In this document: piece after piece, positions 9,476 to 18,562 of the stretch
Position numbering within the stretch: the first letter of the stretch is position 1
How the letters are laid out: every line of letters begins with the position of its first letter
Source: a virus
Taxonomy: Duplodnaviria > Caudoviricetes
Strand: one strand, 5' to 3'
Virus record (IMG/VR): IMGVR_UViG_3300032277_002987
Location: 1 to 38,972 of that record
DNA length: 38,972 nucleotides
The notes under the pieces: generated by a model
Told to the model about the DNA's origin: nothing
Seen by the model: only the letters and a program-made list of their open reading frames with translations
Databases searched by the model: none
Program-made: the position numbers and the translations under genes

Positions 9476-9770
9476 CGTGATCCTCTTCTGGTTTCAGTTC
9501 GTCCTCGACCAGGGCCAGCAATTGCAGATCATCCATGTCTGCGTCGTACATACGGCAAATTGTGCCGGGGTCAATCAAGTTTCTTAGCCGCAGGATTGTG
9601 CTGCGCATTTCTAATGCCCGTTGCCCTTCAGGGAGCAGCTGCGGTATCAAGCACGCAGTCCCCGTTTGGCACTGTGGGGTCAAGCCGTCCACCTCCTGCA
9701 TATCAAAACAGTTGTCGCAGTTTACGCCTGGGTAGTCTGCGACGGCGCGGAGGTGGTCAATAAGTTTTTT
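9468..9770 (-). CDS. Tail assembly chaperone GT, -1 frameshift extension
   Basis: The -1 frame is open from the slippery site A AAA AAC (9770-9764) through the 9468..9701 ORF. Confidence 0.75.
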   Translation of the reverse strand, partial: KKLIDHLRAVADYPGVNCDNCFDMQEVDGLTPQCQTGTACLIPQLLPEGQRALEMRSTILRLRNLIDPGTICRMYDADMDDLQLLALVEDELKPEEDHDG

Positions 9771-10138
9771 CTGTTCGCCTCGCGATCAAGCGACATCATC
9801 CGTTCTAAGCTAAGTGGGGCTCCCTGGACCAGCAACCGGAACTCGGTGCATTCTTCCATAAAGTAATCGAGGTTCTCAGGGATACAAGGCCAAGGTTCGC
9901 CGTCATTGGTTATTCCGCGCCAATCAACAACGACCGCGCGGGCGAGCAGTCCGCGAAATTTCTGGTCGTCAACTGTTTCTTTTTTGGCATGGGTGCGTGG
10001 GTCAAATGAGATCGTAGTTGCTGCCTGTTGTATGGCATCAAACCCGCTTTGAGAAAGATGCTTGCAAAGAACCTCAACATCATCGAAAAGCGGAATCCAG
10101 ACCTGCAGTGTTTGTTTTTTAAGTGGTGAAATATCCAT
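9722..10138 (-). CDS. Tail assembly chaperone G
   Basis: Lies between the tail tube and tape measure genes; VVDWRGITNDGEPWPC motif; slippery site near the 3' end. Confidence 0.8.
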   Translation of the reverse strand: MDISPLKKQTLQVWIPLFDDVEVLCKHLSQSGFDAIQQAATTISFDPRTHAKKETVDDQKFRGLLARAVVVDWRGITNDGEPWPCIPENLDYFMEECTEFRLLVQGAPLSLERMMSLDREANRKNLLTTSAPSQTTQA

Positions 10139-10149
10139 TACGCTAGTCC

Positions 10150-11199
10150 TTATGCCAGAGGATCAGTGCTGCGCTGATTCACGCCGCTGATCCGGAAGGG
10201 TTTGGTGATGCCGGTCATGCCGAGTGGGGCTGCGGTCGCTGCGTGCACCAGAAATTCGACAGGCTCTTTGATGATGCCGGTTTCATCGACGACATCGACG
10301 CTCTTGATTTGTAGGTGCGGGAATTCGAGCTTGAATTGACGATAATAAGTTGAGGCGATCAACCCGCCCGTGAAGGTGATATCCATTTTTTTGCGGGTAT
10401 CTGCTCCGAGATCTGTGAGCCGGGTCTTGCTGGTATGTTTGGGAAACTGCAATTTGAGGGTGACTTCGGGTTGACCATCGGTGACAGGTTCGTCGATCAG
10501 GTCTTGGCTATTAGCGCCCCCGGTGACGAAACTGCCGTAGGTGCCGGTGAGCTTGCGCTTGGCGGTGAGTTCGAAGCTGCTGGGGCCGATCTTGTCACCA
10601 ACGGCCAGGGCAATGGCGCTTTGATCGTTCATGCGGAAAATACCCTGGGCAAACTGAATGCGGTTGGCAACTTCGGCGATAGTGACGTTGTTGAAGGTGG
10701 TGGTGGTATTGGTGCCATCTTCGACCATGTTGTCGCCGATACAATTAGCGATCAGCTGCAGAGGCTTGCCTTGTTCACCTTTAATGGTGAGACCGGCGAT
10801 CTTAAGCGAGGGGACCTCGGACACATAGGCCTTCATGTGTTTTGCGAAGGTGGCAAAGAGGCCGTCAGTGTTGTCAGCCAGGTCATAGGTGTAGGCATAG
10901 GCTGCGGTTGCGGCTTGTTGTGTTGGCGCTCCGGCCACACCCATAAACAGCGCGAGCAGTAGGTCCATGCCGTCATAGCGGAGATAGGCAGGGATGTCGC
11001 CTTCTACCTTGATTGCGCCTGGTGTGCCGTCTTTGGCCCAAACCTGCCCGAGCGAATCATCGACATCGACACCAGCATCACGTTTGATTCCGGTTGGTAA
11101 TAGCAGCAGACCATCGCTGGCTCCGCAGGCGACAGGGGTTCCCCAGGTGGCGGCTTTCTTCACGCCGAATTTCAGTTCGGTACCGGCGACTGCAGGCAT
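10150..11199 (-). CDS. Major tail tube protein
   Basis: 349 aa, beta-rich, canonical position before the chaperones and tape measure gene; AATWGTPV N-terminal motif. Confidence 0.8.
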   Translation of the reverse strand: MPAVAGTELKFGVKKAATWGTPVACGASDGLLLLPTGIKRDAGVDVDDSLGQVWAKDGTPGAIKVEGDIPAYLRYDGMDLLLALFMGVAGAPTQQAATAAYAYTYDLADNTDGLFATFAKHMKAYVSEVPSLKIAGLTIKGEQGKPLQLIANCIGDNMVEDGTNTTTTFNNVTIAEVANRIQFAQGIFRMNDQSAIALAVGDKIGPSSFELTAKRKLTGTYGSFVTGGANSQDLIDEPVTDGQPEVTLKLQFPKHTSKTRLTDLGADTRKKMDITFTGGLIASTYYRQFKLEFPHLQIKSVDVVDETGIIKEPVEFLVHAATAAPLGMTGITKPFRISGVNQRSTDPLA

Positions 11200-11202
11200 G
11201 GC

Positions 11203-11391
11203 TTAAATCTCCTCTTCTTTGGTGGTGGCTTGACGCTCCCAAGGGGCTTTCCAGCTTTTACTGGGCCGCTCGAACAGCTGCTCGCCAAAATGATTCGGGT
11301 CTATGGTGTAGGTTTTGCCGGCGATGATTTGGCCATAGATCGGGTGATGACCGGCGTTGATCTTGGCTTTAACTTTGATTGCCTTGGCCAT
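11203..11391 (-). CDS. Small hypothetical protein
   Basis: 62 aa, tightly packed between the holin and tail tube genes; AAGG SD. Confidence 0.6.
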   Translation of the reverse strand: MAKAIKVKAKINAGHHPIYGQIIAGKTYTIDPNHFGEQLFERPSKSWKAPWERQATTKEEEI

Positions 11392-11394
11392 GGG

Positions 11395-11925
11395 TTAGCC
11401 TTTCTTTGTTGCCAGGTCTTTTTCTTTGCTACCCCGAGAGCTACCGAACTCGAACTGATAGACATCTTTGACGATGGCGATCAGGGTGCCGGACAGTACC
11501 AGCAAGGTGTCTCTCGCGGGACCTGCCTCGATCTTTGCGAAGATGACTGTGAAGATCAGAGCAAGCAGGCCTCCGATTGCAGATAATGCCAACACATCGG
11601 CGCGCCAGTTCGAGTAGCCGGCCTTTTTTAAATCGATATCGCGGCCACGGGCGTTCTGCCGATCTGCAAGATAGGCCTTGTCGAGTTCTGCGCTGATCTG
11701 TGCGAGCTCAGTCTGATGTTGCATCTGGGCCTTTTTCAGTTCAGCCCACTGCTCAGGGCTGGCGTTTTGCACTGCAGTGAGCAGGGCCTGTGGATCTTCA
11801 TGGTCAACACCGAAGGCATTGCCGATCAATGAAGCGGCCAGCCCGCCACTGCCAGGGATGATGGCATTAGCTAGAATCGGCGCGCCTTTGGCGACCACGC
11901 CTTTTAAGGTGTTCCAGATATCCAT
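11395..11925 (-). CDS. Putative holin (3TM/GTA-type holin family)
   Basis: GAPILANAIIPGSGGLA N-terminus, DRQNARGR motif, two C-terminal TM helices ending FEFGSSRGS; adjacent to the endolysin. Confidence 0.7.
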   Translation of the reverse strand: MDIWNTLKGVVAKGAPILANAIIPGSGGLAASLIGNAFGVDHEDPQALLTAVQNASPEQWAELKKAQMQHQTELAQISAELDKAYLADRQNARGRDIDLKKAGYSNWRADVLALSAIGGLLALIFTVIFAKIEAGPARDTLLVLSGTLIAIVKDVYQFEFGSSRGSKEKDLATKKG

Positions 11926-11928
11926 CAG

Positions 11929-12432
11929 CTATGCCTCCCAGACTCTGCGCAGCCAGCCGCGGAACCATTTCTTTTGGCTGGGGTTGCGCTTGACTATTTC
12001 GTAATAACGGACGAACTGCAGACCATTGAGTGTTTTGAGTAGCGACTGCGACTTCCGGCGCTCGTTGGCGGCGGAGATTGTTTTGTTACCAACGATGCCG
12101 TCAATTATCAGTTCCGGACCGATGCTGCCGTTCAGCAGGTTGAGCGCCTCTTGCAGAAACTTGCCCGCAGTACCAACGCCGCAGTTGACGGCGGTATCAA
12201 ACAGCTCGGTCGCGATCACCTGGTTGTCGATGCCGTCGAGGTTGAGCCGGTCCCAAAAGTCGCGGCGGTAGATCTCACCGGCAAGCTTGGGCGTGAGCGC
12301 GGCGATATCTACATCGGGATAACTGCGCTTGCTTATACCGAAGTTGGTTTCACCTCCAGGATCGGCCGGATCGTTGACGTAGCCACCTTCCATTGCGATG
12401 GTGTGGTGAAATGCTTTGTAGAATTCAGCCAT
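11929..12432 (-). CDS. Endolysin, glycoside hydrolase family 108 with C-terminal peptidoglycan-binding domain
   Basis: EGGYVNDPADPGGETNFGIS catalytic motif, IDGIVGNKT, C-terminal FRGWLRR. Confidence 0.93.
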   Translation of the reverse strand: MAEFYKAFHHTIAMEGGYVNDPADPGGETNFGISKRSYPDVDIAALTPKLAGEIYRRDFWDRLNLDGIDNQVIATELFDTAVNCGVGTAGKFLQEALNLLNGSIGPELIIDGIVGNKTISAANERRKSQSLLKTLNGLQFVRYYEIVKRNPSQKKWFRGWLRRVWEA

Positions 12433-12718
12433 GGGGAACTCCGGCAGTAATCAGATAGACGGCCGTGGAGAAGGCCGCGCCGATGGCGCTGGTGTAGAGT
12501 ACGACCCAGGCACGGGTAGCGGTGGCACCGGGTGCTTTTTCGAGGGTTTGGATTCTGGACTCGTGCTTGATCATCCACTCGCGCAGGCCGTCAACCGACT
12601 TGCCGATGTGCTCAATGTCGTTTCTCTGCACCGCGATCTGAGCAACGACGTTGGCAATGGAGTCTACTTTTGATTCGATGCGGCTTAGGTTCTGGTTCTG
12701 TGTGCATGGTTCAGACAT
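12425..12718 (-). CDS. Coiled-coil plus single-TM lysis-associated membrane protein (XhlA/holin-like)
   Basis: HESRIQTLEK coiled coil followed by one C-terminal TM helix; overlaps the endolysin start. Confidence 0.55.
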   Translation of the reverse strand: MSEPCTQNQNLSRIESKVDSIANVVAQIAVQRNDIEHIGKSVDGLREWMIKHESRIQTLEKAPGATATRAWVVLYTSAIGAAFSTAVYLITAGVPHG

Positions 12719-13173
12719 TAAGCGCCCCCTAAAAGTGTCACGTAGTTAAGGGTAAATTCGACATTGACGAAACTGACGAACCCTGCAGCTGATTCTTCAG
12801 TCGTTGCCCCTGAACTGAGGCCTGGGTCGACAAGCTCAACCAAGTTGCCGAGACTGCGATCTGCATTGAAGACCTGTAGAATGTCTTGCCGCAAAGCTTG
12901 CCCCTGGTATCCGGTTTCGCTGTCGTCGATGAAGCCTTCGAGTTTGATCGATAAAGAGTGATTCTCTTCGCCCAAAGAGGGCGGCACGTCGCCGTCGAGG
13001 CTGTCGCTAACATCGCCCGGGTAAACGATGACGCACGGCTTTGCAGCGGGTGCGGTTTGATATTCAAGATTGAGCCAAACCCTGCTGCCAGCGTCGGTGC
13101 GATACCCGTCTGAGATCTTGATCAGCGCCAACCTGGTGCGCAGCGCAGTTATGATGTCGTCGTAACGGCTCAT
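12718..13173 (-). CDS. Tail terminator / tail completion protein (gpU-like)
   Basis: 151 aa, acidic; KPCVIVYPGD and ADRSLGNLV motifs; follows the head-closure gene. Confidence 0.65.
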   Translation of the reverse strand: MSRYDDIITALRTRLALIKISDGYRTDAGSRVWLNLEYQTAPAAKPCVIVYPGDVSDSLDGDVPPSLGEENHSLSIKLEGFIDDSETGYQGQALRQDILQVFNADRSLGNLVELVDPGLSSGATTEESAAGFVSFVNVEFTLNYVTLLGGA

Positions 13174-13479
13174 CTATTTCACCAAAATGAATTGGGTTAA
13201 ATCACCCTGTGGTCTCGGATCGCCGAACTGGCGGTACTCGATTCCATCGATGGTCAGGGTGTGCTGCCGGTTGAACGCTGACACTTCGGCTGTTTGGCAC
13301 CAGATCTCCGCACGATTGACAATTGCCTCTGCCTGGTAGGGCGAAGCGACTTCACTTGAAGGGTTGAACAGCCCCAAGGTGGTGGCAACCTCAACACCGT
13401 CAAGTTTGAAGATGATTGAGGACCCGAGATCTCCAAAGAAGATGTTGAGATCGTCTGTTACTTGGTCAAGCAAGGTCAT
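13174..13479 (-). CDS. Head-tail joining (head closure, gpFII-like) protein
   Basis: MTLLDQVTDDLNIFF...TLTIDGIEYR pattern; start set to ATG 13479 behind AAGG. Confidence 0.65.
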   Translation of the reverse strand: MTLLDQVTDDLNIFFGDLGSSIIFKLDGVEVATTLGLFNPSSEVASPYQAEAIVNRAEIWCQTAEVSAFNRQHTLTIDGIEYRQFGDPRPQGDLTQFILVK

Positions 13480-13560
13480 GTTTTGCCGCCTTTCGTTGCT
13501 CAATCGCTCAATTGTCTGGCCCTACCGCAGCAGGGCCAGACTGTTCAACGGTTGAACATG

Positions 13561-13962
13561 TTATTTTTTAGTGGGATTCAGTTCGGCGATCTTCTTGTTT
13601 GCGACTTCGAGATCCAAACGAAGTATTTCTACGGTTCCCTCTGCAGCCTTCACTTGATCCTCAAGCTGCTGCACCAGACTCTGATGGCTATCGAGGGTGA
13701 CGTGACCTTCGCGGGCTTTGGACAATATCTCTTCGACCAACTCGGGATAGGCCTCATGCAGGCCGTCGATGTTTTCGATAACCTCTTGACCCTTGTCGGA
13801 GACCTCATCGACCGGCTCACGATAGAGTTCTGCGGCACCGGCTTTGATCAGCCGCTCGGCTTCATTGGCGGCGCAGTCGAAAGACTCTTCTGGTGCGATT
13901 GCCTTGCCGTCATAATCGATCGCGTTTTTCGCCACGATCAGGAGTGTTTTCTTTTTAGCCAT
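13561..13962 (-). CDS. Hypothetical protein after the capsid gene (gpFI-like position)
   Basis: IDYDGKAIAPEESF...EAERLIKAGAAE small domain plus coiled coil; GAGG SD. Confidence 0.6.
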   Translation of the reverse strand: MAKKKTLLIVAKNAIDYDGKAIAPEESFDCAANEAERLIKAGAAELYREPVDEVSDKGQEVIENIDGLHEAYPELVEEILSKAREGHVTLDSHQSLVQQLEDQVKAAEGTVEILRLDLEVANKKIAELNPTKK

Positions 13963-13981
13963 GGTTACCTCGCTTAATCAG

Positions 13982-14009
13982 CGGCCCGCCTCACGCGTGA
14001 GACGGGCCG
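13982..14009 (-). terminator. GC-rich hairpin just after the capsid stop codon (attenuator or mRNA stabiliser)
   Basis: CGGCCCG-CCTCACGCGTGAGA-CGGGCCG inverted repeat; no strong U tract. Confidence 0.4.
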
Positions 14010-14018
14010 GAGTTATTG

Positions 14019-15227
14019 TTACGCCAGGACCTGGGCGCTGACGAAAGCGTCAGGCTGGTTCAGGGCCATCAGTGGAGCTGACTGCATCATCAACCAGCGA
14101 ACAGCCGGATCTTTGGTGATCCAGGATTTGGGGAAACGGCTGACGGCAGCCAGACCGCCCTCGATCGCTTCGACATCCTGAATAACGGCGTGCAGTTGGG
14201 TGTTCTGGGCCTTGCTGGTGCCGAGCCATACCTTGTTGACCGGGACCATTGGAGTTTCGACGGCTGTGTCGTCATCGATGTACCACTCGTCGTAGGAGTA
14301 GACATCGACGAATAAGCCGGGGGCATTGATCCGACCCACGTAGCTGACGCCTTCAGGCAGCTGCTGAGGATTGATTGCGCCCATATCGACGGCACGCATA
14401 TCGAGGATTTTCTGCACCTTGGGATGATCAATAAAGGCCTGCGCCGCATCGGAACCGAGCACCAGAGTGTTCGGCGACAGGCCGGAATCTTTACCGATCA
14501 ACTGAGCCCAGGCGCGCAGCTTGGCGATTGGGTTACTGTTGGCGGTGTCGGACCAAAGATCAAGGCCCGCCAGGGTGATCTTGTGAGTGGCTGGCATGTT
14601 GAAATCGACGGTGACAGTTTTGTCGCCGGTCTCGGCCTTGATCTTCATCACCACCTGGCCGAGGTTAAGAGCCTGGGCGGCCTGCCACTCTTCGCGGCGG
14701 GTGACCATATCCATCAGTGTGGCGAGATCCTTGCCGAGCTTGGCTTGGGCGCGCTGCTCAACGGTCTGCTGACCAGCGTAAAGAACGTTGCCCGCAGAAC
14801 GGGTCATCAGATCCTGCGCGGTAGTGACCATCTTCGGCTTGACGTAGCCGGGCTTGATGGTGCTGGTGGAGAATCCCTGTCCTTCGACCAGCTTGCCTTC
14901 TGCCATAGGGCTGACAAAGGGGGCCATGCGGCGCTTGCCTTTGATGATGTCGACATCGACTGTTTCTGTGTCGCTCTGGTTCTGCAGGGGAAAGAACATG
15001 TCGCGCAAAAAAGTGCCTGGTCGTTTGATCTGTTCGACGGCTGACAACATGGTGCGGCTGTCGAACAGGTCGATGAACCCGGCCACGCCTAGCATCGGCC
15101 ATGCCATATTCAAACCATCAGAACTCGTTGGTTCAGCGGCCAGCACGGCACCGGCAGGGAAAAGGAATACCGCCATAACTACCAGAACGATCCAGACAAA
15201 AGCGGAACTGGTCAAAAACTTTTTCAT
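14019..15227 (-). CDS. Major capsid protein (lambda gpE family) with hydrophobic N-terminal extension
   Basis: FLRDMFF, RRMAPFVSP, RREEWQAAQAL and LMMQSAPL gpE-family motifs; AAGGAG SD before Met1. Confidence 0.93.
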   Translation of the reverse strand: MKKFLTSSAFVWIVLVVMAVFLFPAGAVLAAEPTSSDGLNMAWPMLGVAGFIDLFDSRTMLSAVEQIKRPGTFLRDMFFPLQNQSDTETVDVDIIKGKRRMAPFVSPMAEGKLVEGQGFSTSTIKPGYVKPKMVTTAQDLMTRSAGNVLYAGQQTVEQRAQAKLGKDLATLMDMVTRREEWQAAQALNLGQVVMKIKAETGDKTVTVDFNMPATHKITLAGLDLWSDTANSNPIAKLRAWAQLIGKDSGLSPNTLVLGSDAAQAFIDHPKVQKILDMRAVDMGAINPQQLPEGVSYVGRINAPGLFVDVYSYDEWYIDDDTAVETPMVPVNKVWLGTSKAQNTQLHAVIQDVEAIEGGLAAVSRFPKSWITKDPAVRWLMMQSAPLMALNQPDAFVSAQVLA

Positions 15228-15257
15228 GATGTTTGCTCCTTGGTCGGCTCGACCCGC

Positions 15258-15608
15258 TTAAGCGGAGACGGCTTTCTTGAGATAGATATTGAGATCGCGC
15301 AGCGCGACCCGATGAGTGTCAGCAGTATCAACGCCGCCGAAAGTGACTTGACCTTCGTTGAAGGCACCGGACAAGTAGATCAGGGCCTGCACATCGGCCG
15401 CGGTCGCGTCTGCGTCTTCGGCCAAGATCGCCACGGGGTTCTGCGAACCATCGATAGCAGCGCTGTCGCACAGAACGTACTTGCCGGATGCGGTGATCTT
15501 GCCGAGCAGGGCCCCGCGAGTCAGAACATGAGCAAGCAGGATAGTGATGATATCGGTGACAGCCGGGTAGTCGGATGCCAGCAGGTTGTCAGGGGTATAA
15601 GTTTCCAT
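15258..15608 (-). CDS. Head decoration protein (gpD-like)
   Basis: YTPDNLLA, RGALLGKITASGKY and DGSQNPVAILAED motifs. Confidence 0.9.
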   Translation of the reverse strand: METYTPDNLLASDYPAVTDIITILLAHVLTRGALLGKITASGKYVLCDSAAIDGSQNPVAILAEDADATAADVQALIYLSGAFNEGQVTFGGVDTADTHRVALRDLNIYLKKAVSA

Positions 15609-15638
15609 CTTGTTTCTCCTCTATCGAAAGATGACGGG

Positions 15639-16763
15639 TTATTTGATGCTGCCGCCGGCGGCGATGGCCGACACGGCCCCGTTGAGTTCTGCTTCAGCGG
15701 CTGTTTCAGGTTGGGCGGCCTGCATGCCTTCGGGTGCGGCATTGGTGATGCCAGCGAGAATCAGTTTGCGGGTTTCTGCGTCGGCACCGGCAACTGATGC
15801 AGCAACCGTTACCCCAAGGGTTTTGGCTTGTTCGGCGGTAACGCCGGAATCAAGCAGAGCCTTGAACTGGGTGCCGATCTCCTCGGGGAAAACAGTCTCG
15901 ACCATGGCGAGTACGGCTGGTCCGTTGTCGGTGAATCCTTCTTTAGCCTTGGCAACGGCAGCTTCGATCTGCCCTTCTACGTCAGCTTTCGGCACCAGAC
16001 CCTGACGGGCTTCCGACTGAATGATGGCTAAAAATGTCGGGTGGTTCTTGTTCATCTGCGCAAGGAACTGCTCGATAGTCATTGCGTTTACCTCCTCTGT
16101 TTTATGTGTTTGAGAAACTGGTGGCGGACCGGCAGCAAATAGAGCGGTGTCCGGGGCCTTGTTAAATACGGATAGATCAAACTTTGCCGAAGCGGCGATA
16201 TCGACCGGGTCGATCATCTTGTCGGCGAAACCAAGCTCAAGCGCCTGACTGGCGGTCATCCAGGTTTCATCGGCCATCATCTGTTTGATGGTTTCGTGAT
16301 CGAGCCCGGTTTTGTCGTGGTAGGTGTTGACCAGCGTCTGCTTGATGCCGTCGAGAATATCGGCAACCTTGCGTAGATCGGCAGGGTTGCCACCGGCATA
16401 GGTTGACGGATCGTGGATCATCATCACCGCATTGCCAGGCATGATGATGGTGTCGCCAGCCATGGCGATGACCGAACCGATTGAGGCCGCCAAACCGGCA
16501 ACGGTCACAGTGACCTTGGCCTTGTGGCTGCGCAACACGTTGTAGATGGCGATACCGGCAAAGACGCTGCCGCCTCGGGTGTTGATCTGTAGATCGATAT
16601 CGCTGACATCGCCAAGTGCAGCCAGATCAGCAAGAAAGCTGGTCGGGGTGACATCTTCATCGACCCACTTCCAATCTTCAATATCTCCGAAAATGTAAAT
16701 CACTGCAGCGTCTGCTGACTGCGCGCGCATGCTGTAGTAGGGCTGTTTGTTTTTCTTGCTCAT
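15639..16763 (-). CDS. Head maturation protease (ClpP/S14) with C-terminal scaffold region
   Basis: INTRGGSVF, GLAASIGSVI (catalytic Ser), MMIHDP (His), ETWMTASQALELGFAD. Confidence 0.93.
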   Translation of the reverse strand: MSKKNKQPYYSMRAQSADAAVIYIFGDIEDWKWVDEDVTPTSFLADLAALGDVSDIDLQINTRGGSVFAGIAIYNVLRSHKAKVTVTVAGLAASIGSVIAMAGDTIIMPGNAVMMIHDPSTYAGGNPADLRKVADILDGIKQTLVNTYHDKTGLDHETIKQMMADETWMTASQALELGFADKMIDPVDIAASAKFDLSVFNKAPDTALFAAGPPPVSQTHKTEEVNAMTIEQFLAQMNKNHPTFLAIIQSEARQGLVPKADVEGQIEAAVAKAKEGFTDNGPAVLAMVETVFPEEIGTQFKALLDSGVTAEQAKTLGVTVAASVAGADAETRKLILAGITNAAPEGMQAAQPETAAEAELNGAVSAIAAGGSIK

Positions 16764-18292
16764 TCTGTTACCTCCTCAACAGGCCCGAACTCTTTATCCA
16801 GCCGCTGCGCCATCTCGCGCTGGTCGCGTTCTTCGCGTTCGATCTGTTCCATATGGGTGTCGTAGTCCTTTCCCTGTTCGGCCAGGCGAGCGGCCAGGGT
16901 GACTGCGTTATTCTTTCTGTCTTTGTCGAAGGCCACGGCGTCCTTGACCGGGTCGACACTGCCGCGCTTCGGACCGATCCAGTTGGTGTTGCAGTATTCG
17001 GCGCGTGCTGCGTAGAAATCGGGGCCGCCTTCGGGCAGTTCGATCATGCCGCGCAGCCAGGCTTCTTCAATGACCATTTCCCAGATCGGCTGGCAGAAAT
17101 GATTGACCATCCAGTCCTGATAAAGGGAGAAGACCCGATGCGCCTCTTGCAGTGCGGCCCGGGCGCTGGAGTAGTTTGTTTTGCTGAAATCTTTGGCGAT
17201 GACCTCGTAAGGCATGCCGGCCGAGGCACCGACAGCACGCAGGATGGTTTCGAGGAAGATGCCGAACGAATTGTTGGGCCGCTTCGAATCGAGGACATGG
17301 GGCTTTTCGCCCTGGTTGCCATAGAAGATGCCGCCTGGGGAAAGCTCGTTGTAGTTGGTGGAGCTGCCGTCGGTGTTCTGTTGGTTGAAAACGCCCATCT
17401 GTTTGGTTGCGTCGTAGGCCATCGGTCCTTTTTCGATCCAGACCGGAAAACTGGCAGCGACGATGGCACCGACCAGCTCGAAGTCGAGATAGTCGGTGAT
17501 GTCGCGAAAGAACTTCATCGCCGGGGCCAGCACCGAGGTGCCGCGGACCTGTTCGGGGAATTTTTTATGGAAGTGGTGCATAACCACCGGACGGTGGCCG
17601 CGTAAACGGGGTAATTCTTTGAAGTGACGCAGATCGAGAGTGGTGGTGATACGTCCGTCGGCCGGGTCGGCGATGAAATAGTTTATCGCTTCATTACTGG
17701 TCCCTAGGCGGATACCGTCGCGGACATCCTTTTTGCCGTTCATGCCAAACGGAGTACGCAAACGAACAGGATCGAGAATGTCGATGCACAGATTGAAACG
17801 CCGACCGGGGCGGTCTTTCATCAGCGGCAGCGCCAGGTATTCACCGTTGACCAGACGCGAGTAGATAACCTGGTACTGAATATCACCAAACTGGCTTTGC
17901 CCATCGGCACCGGCTTCTTTGCTGAAGATCCGAAAGGCCCATTCGCAGTCTTCGGCGAACTTGGCAGAGGCTTCTTGTGAAATATTCAATCGTTTCCACA
18001 ACGGCACCGACTGAGGCTTAAGCCCGGTATGCACCGAATTGTCAGCGATGGAATCGATCAGGCTGGCAGCGTGAGCATGGTTGGCGGCCAGATCGTTGGC
18101 GCGAGCGACCACGGTTTCACGCTGGCGACCCTCTTCTAGCCAGCCGATCCGGCGCGGATACCAGTTTGACAGGGTGCCAGCAGTACCAGCTCCACCGCCC
18201 GAGCGATCAACGGCAGAGGCATGAATGCCCTGCTGCCGCATGCGACCATGAGATGGATAGCTACGCCCGACACGGGCTCCCATACCGCTCAT
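16760..18292 (-). CDS. Portal protein, lambda family
   Basis: RANDLAANH, EQVRGTS, DFSKTNYSSARAAL and VDPVKDA motifs. Confidence 0.95.
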   Translation of the reverse strand: MSGMGARVGRSYPSHGRMRQQGIHASAVDRSGGGAGTAGTLSNWYPRRIGWLEEGRQRETVVARANDLAANHAHAASLIDSIADNSVHTGLKPQSVPLWKRLNISQEASAKFAEDCEWAFRIFSKEAGADGQSQFGDIQYQVIYSRLVNGEYLALPLMKDRPGRRFNLCIDILDPVRLRTPFGMNGKKDVRDGIRLGTSNEAINYFIADPADGRITTTLDLRHFKELPRLRGHRPVVMHHFHKKFPEQVRGTSVLAPAMKFFRDITDYLDFELVGAIVAASFPVWIEKGPMAYDATKQMGVFNQQNTDGSSTNYNELSPGGIFYGNQGEKPHVLDSKRPNNSFGIFLETILRAVGASAGMPYEVIAKDFSKTNYSSARAALQEAHRVFSLYQDWMVNHFCQPIWEMVIEEAWLRGMIELPEGGPDFYAARAEYCNTNWIGPKRGSVDPVKDAVAFDKDRKNNAVTLAARLAEQGKDYDTHMEQIEREERDQREMAQRLDKEFGPVEEVTE

Positions 18293-18528
18293 CGCCGAGG
18301 CCTTCCGGTCAAAACCTGCGGACCAAGACCGATAGACGTAGCGGATTTTTCGCCTTGCAGAAACCTGAGAGTGTTGCGGATCTCGGGCAGATCGGCGCGG
18401 GTGACGGTCCGACGGGTGGCACCCGTGTCGATGGCGTAAGACTGGGCACTGGCCAAGGCCAGAAGGGCCGCTTTATAGGCGGTGATCTGGGTGTCGAGTT
18501 CTGCGGTGGTGAACAGGGAAGTTGTCAT
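18289..18528 (-). CDS. Head-to-tail adaptor (gpW-like)
   Basis: 79 aa; AQSYAID...RTVTRADLPEI pattern; directly upstream of the portal gene. Confidence 0.8.
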   Translation of the reverse strand: MTTSLFTTAELDTQITAYKAALLALASAQSYAIDTGATRRTVTRADLPEIRNTLRFLQGEKSATSIGLGPQVLTGRPRR

Positions 18529-18562
18529 GCCCCCTATGGTGGGGCACTACGGAGGGAAAGTC

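Noticed and set aside
13514-13558. Two adjacent hairpins (TCTGGCCCT/AGGGCCAGA and TGTTCAAC/GTTGAACA) as an ncRNA
   Set aside because: Short and without a promoter; adequately explained as late-operon attenuation or mRNA-stability elements.
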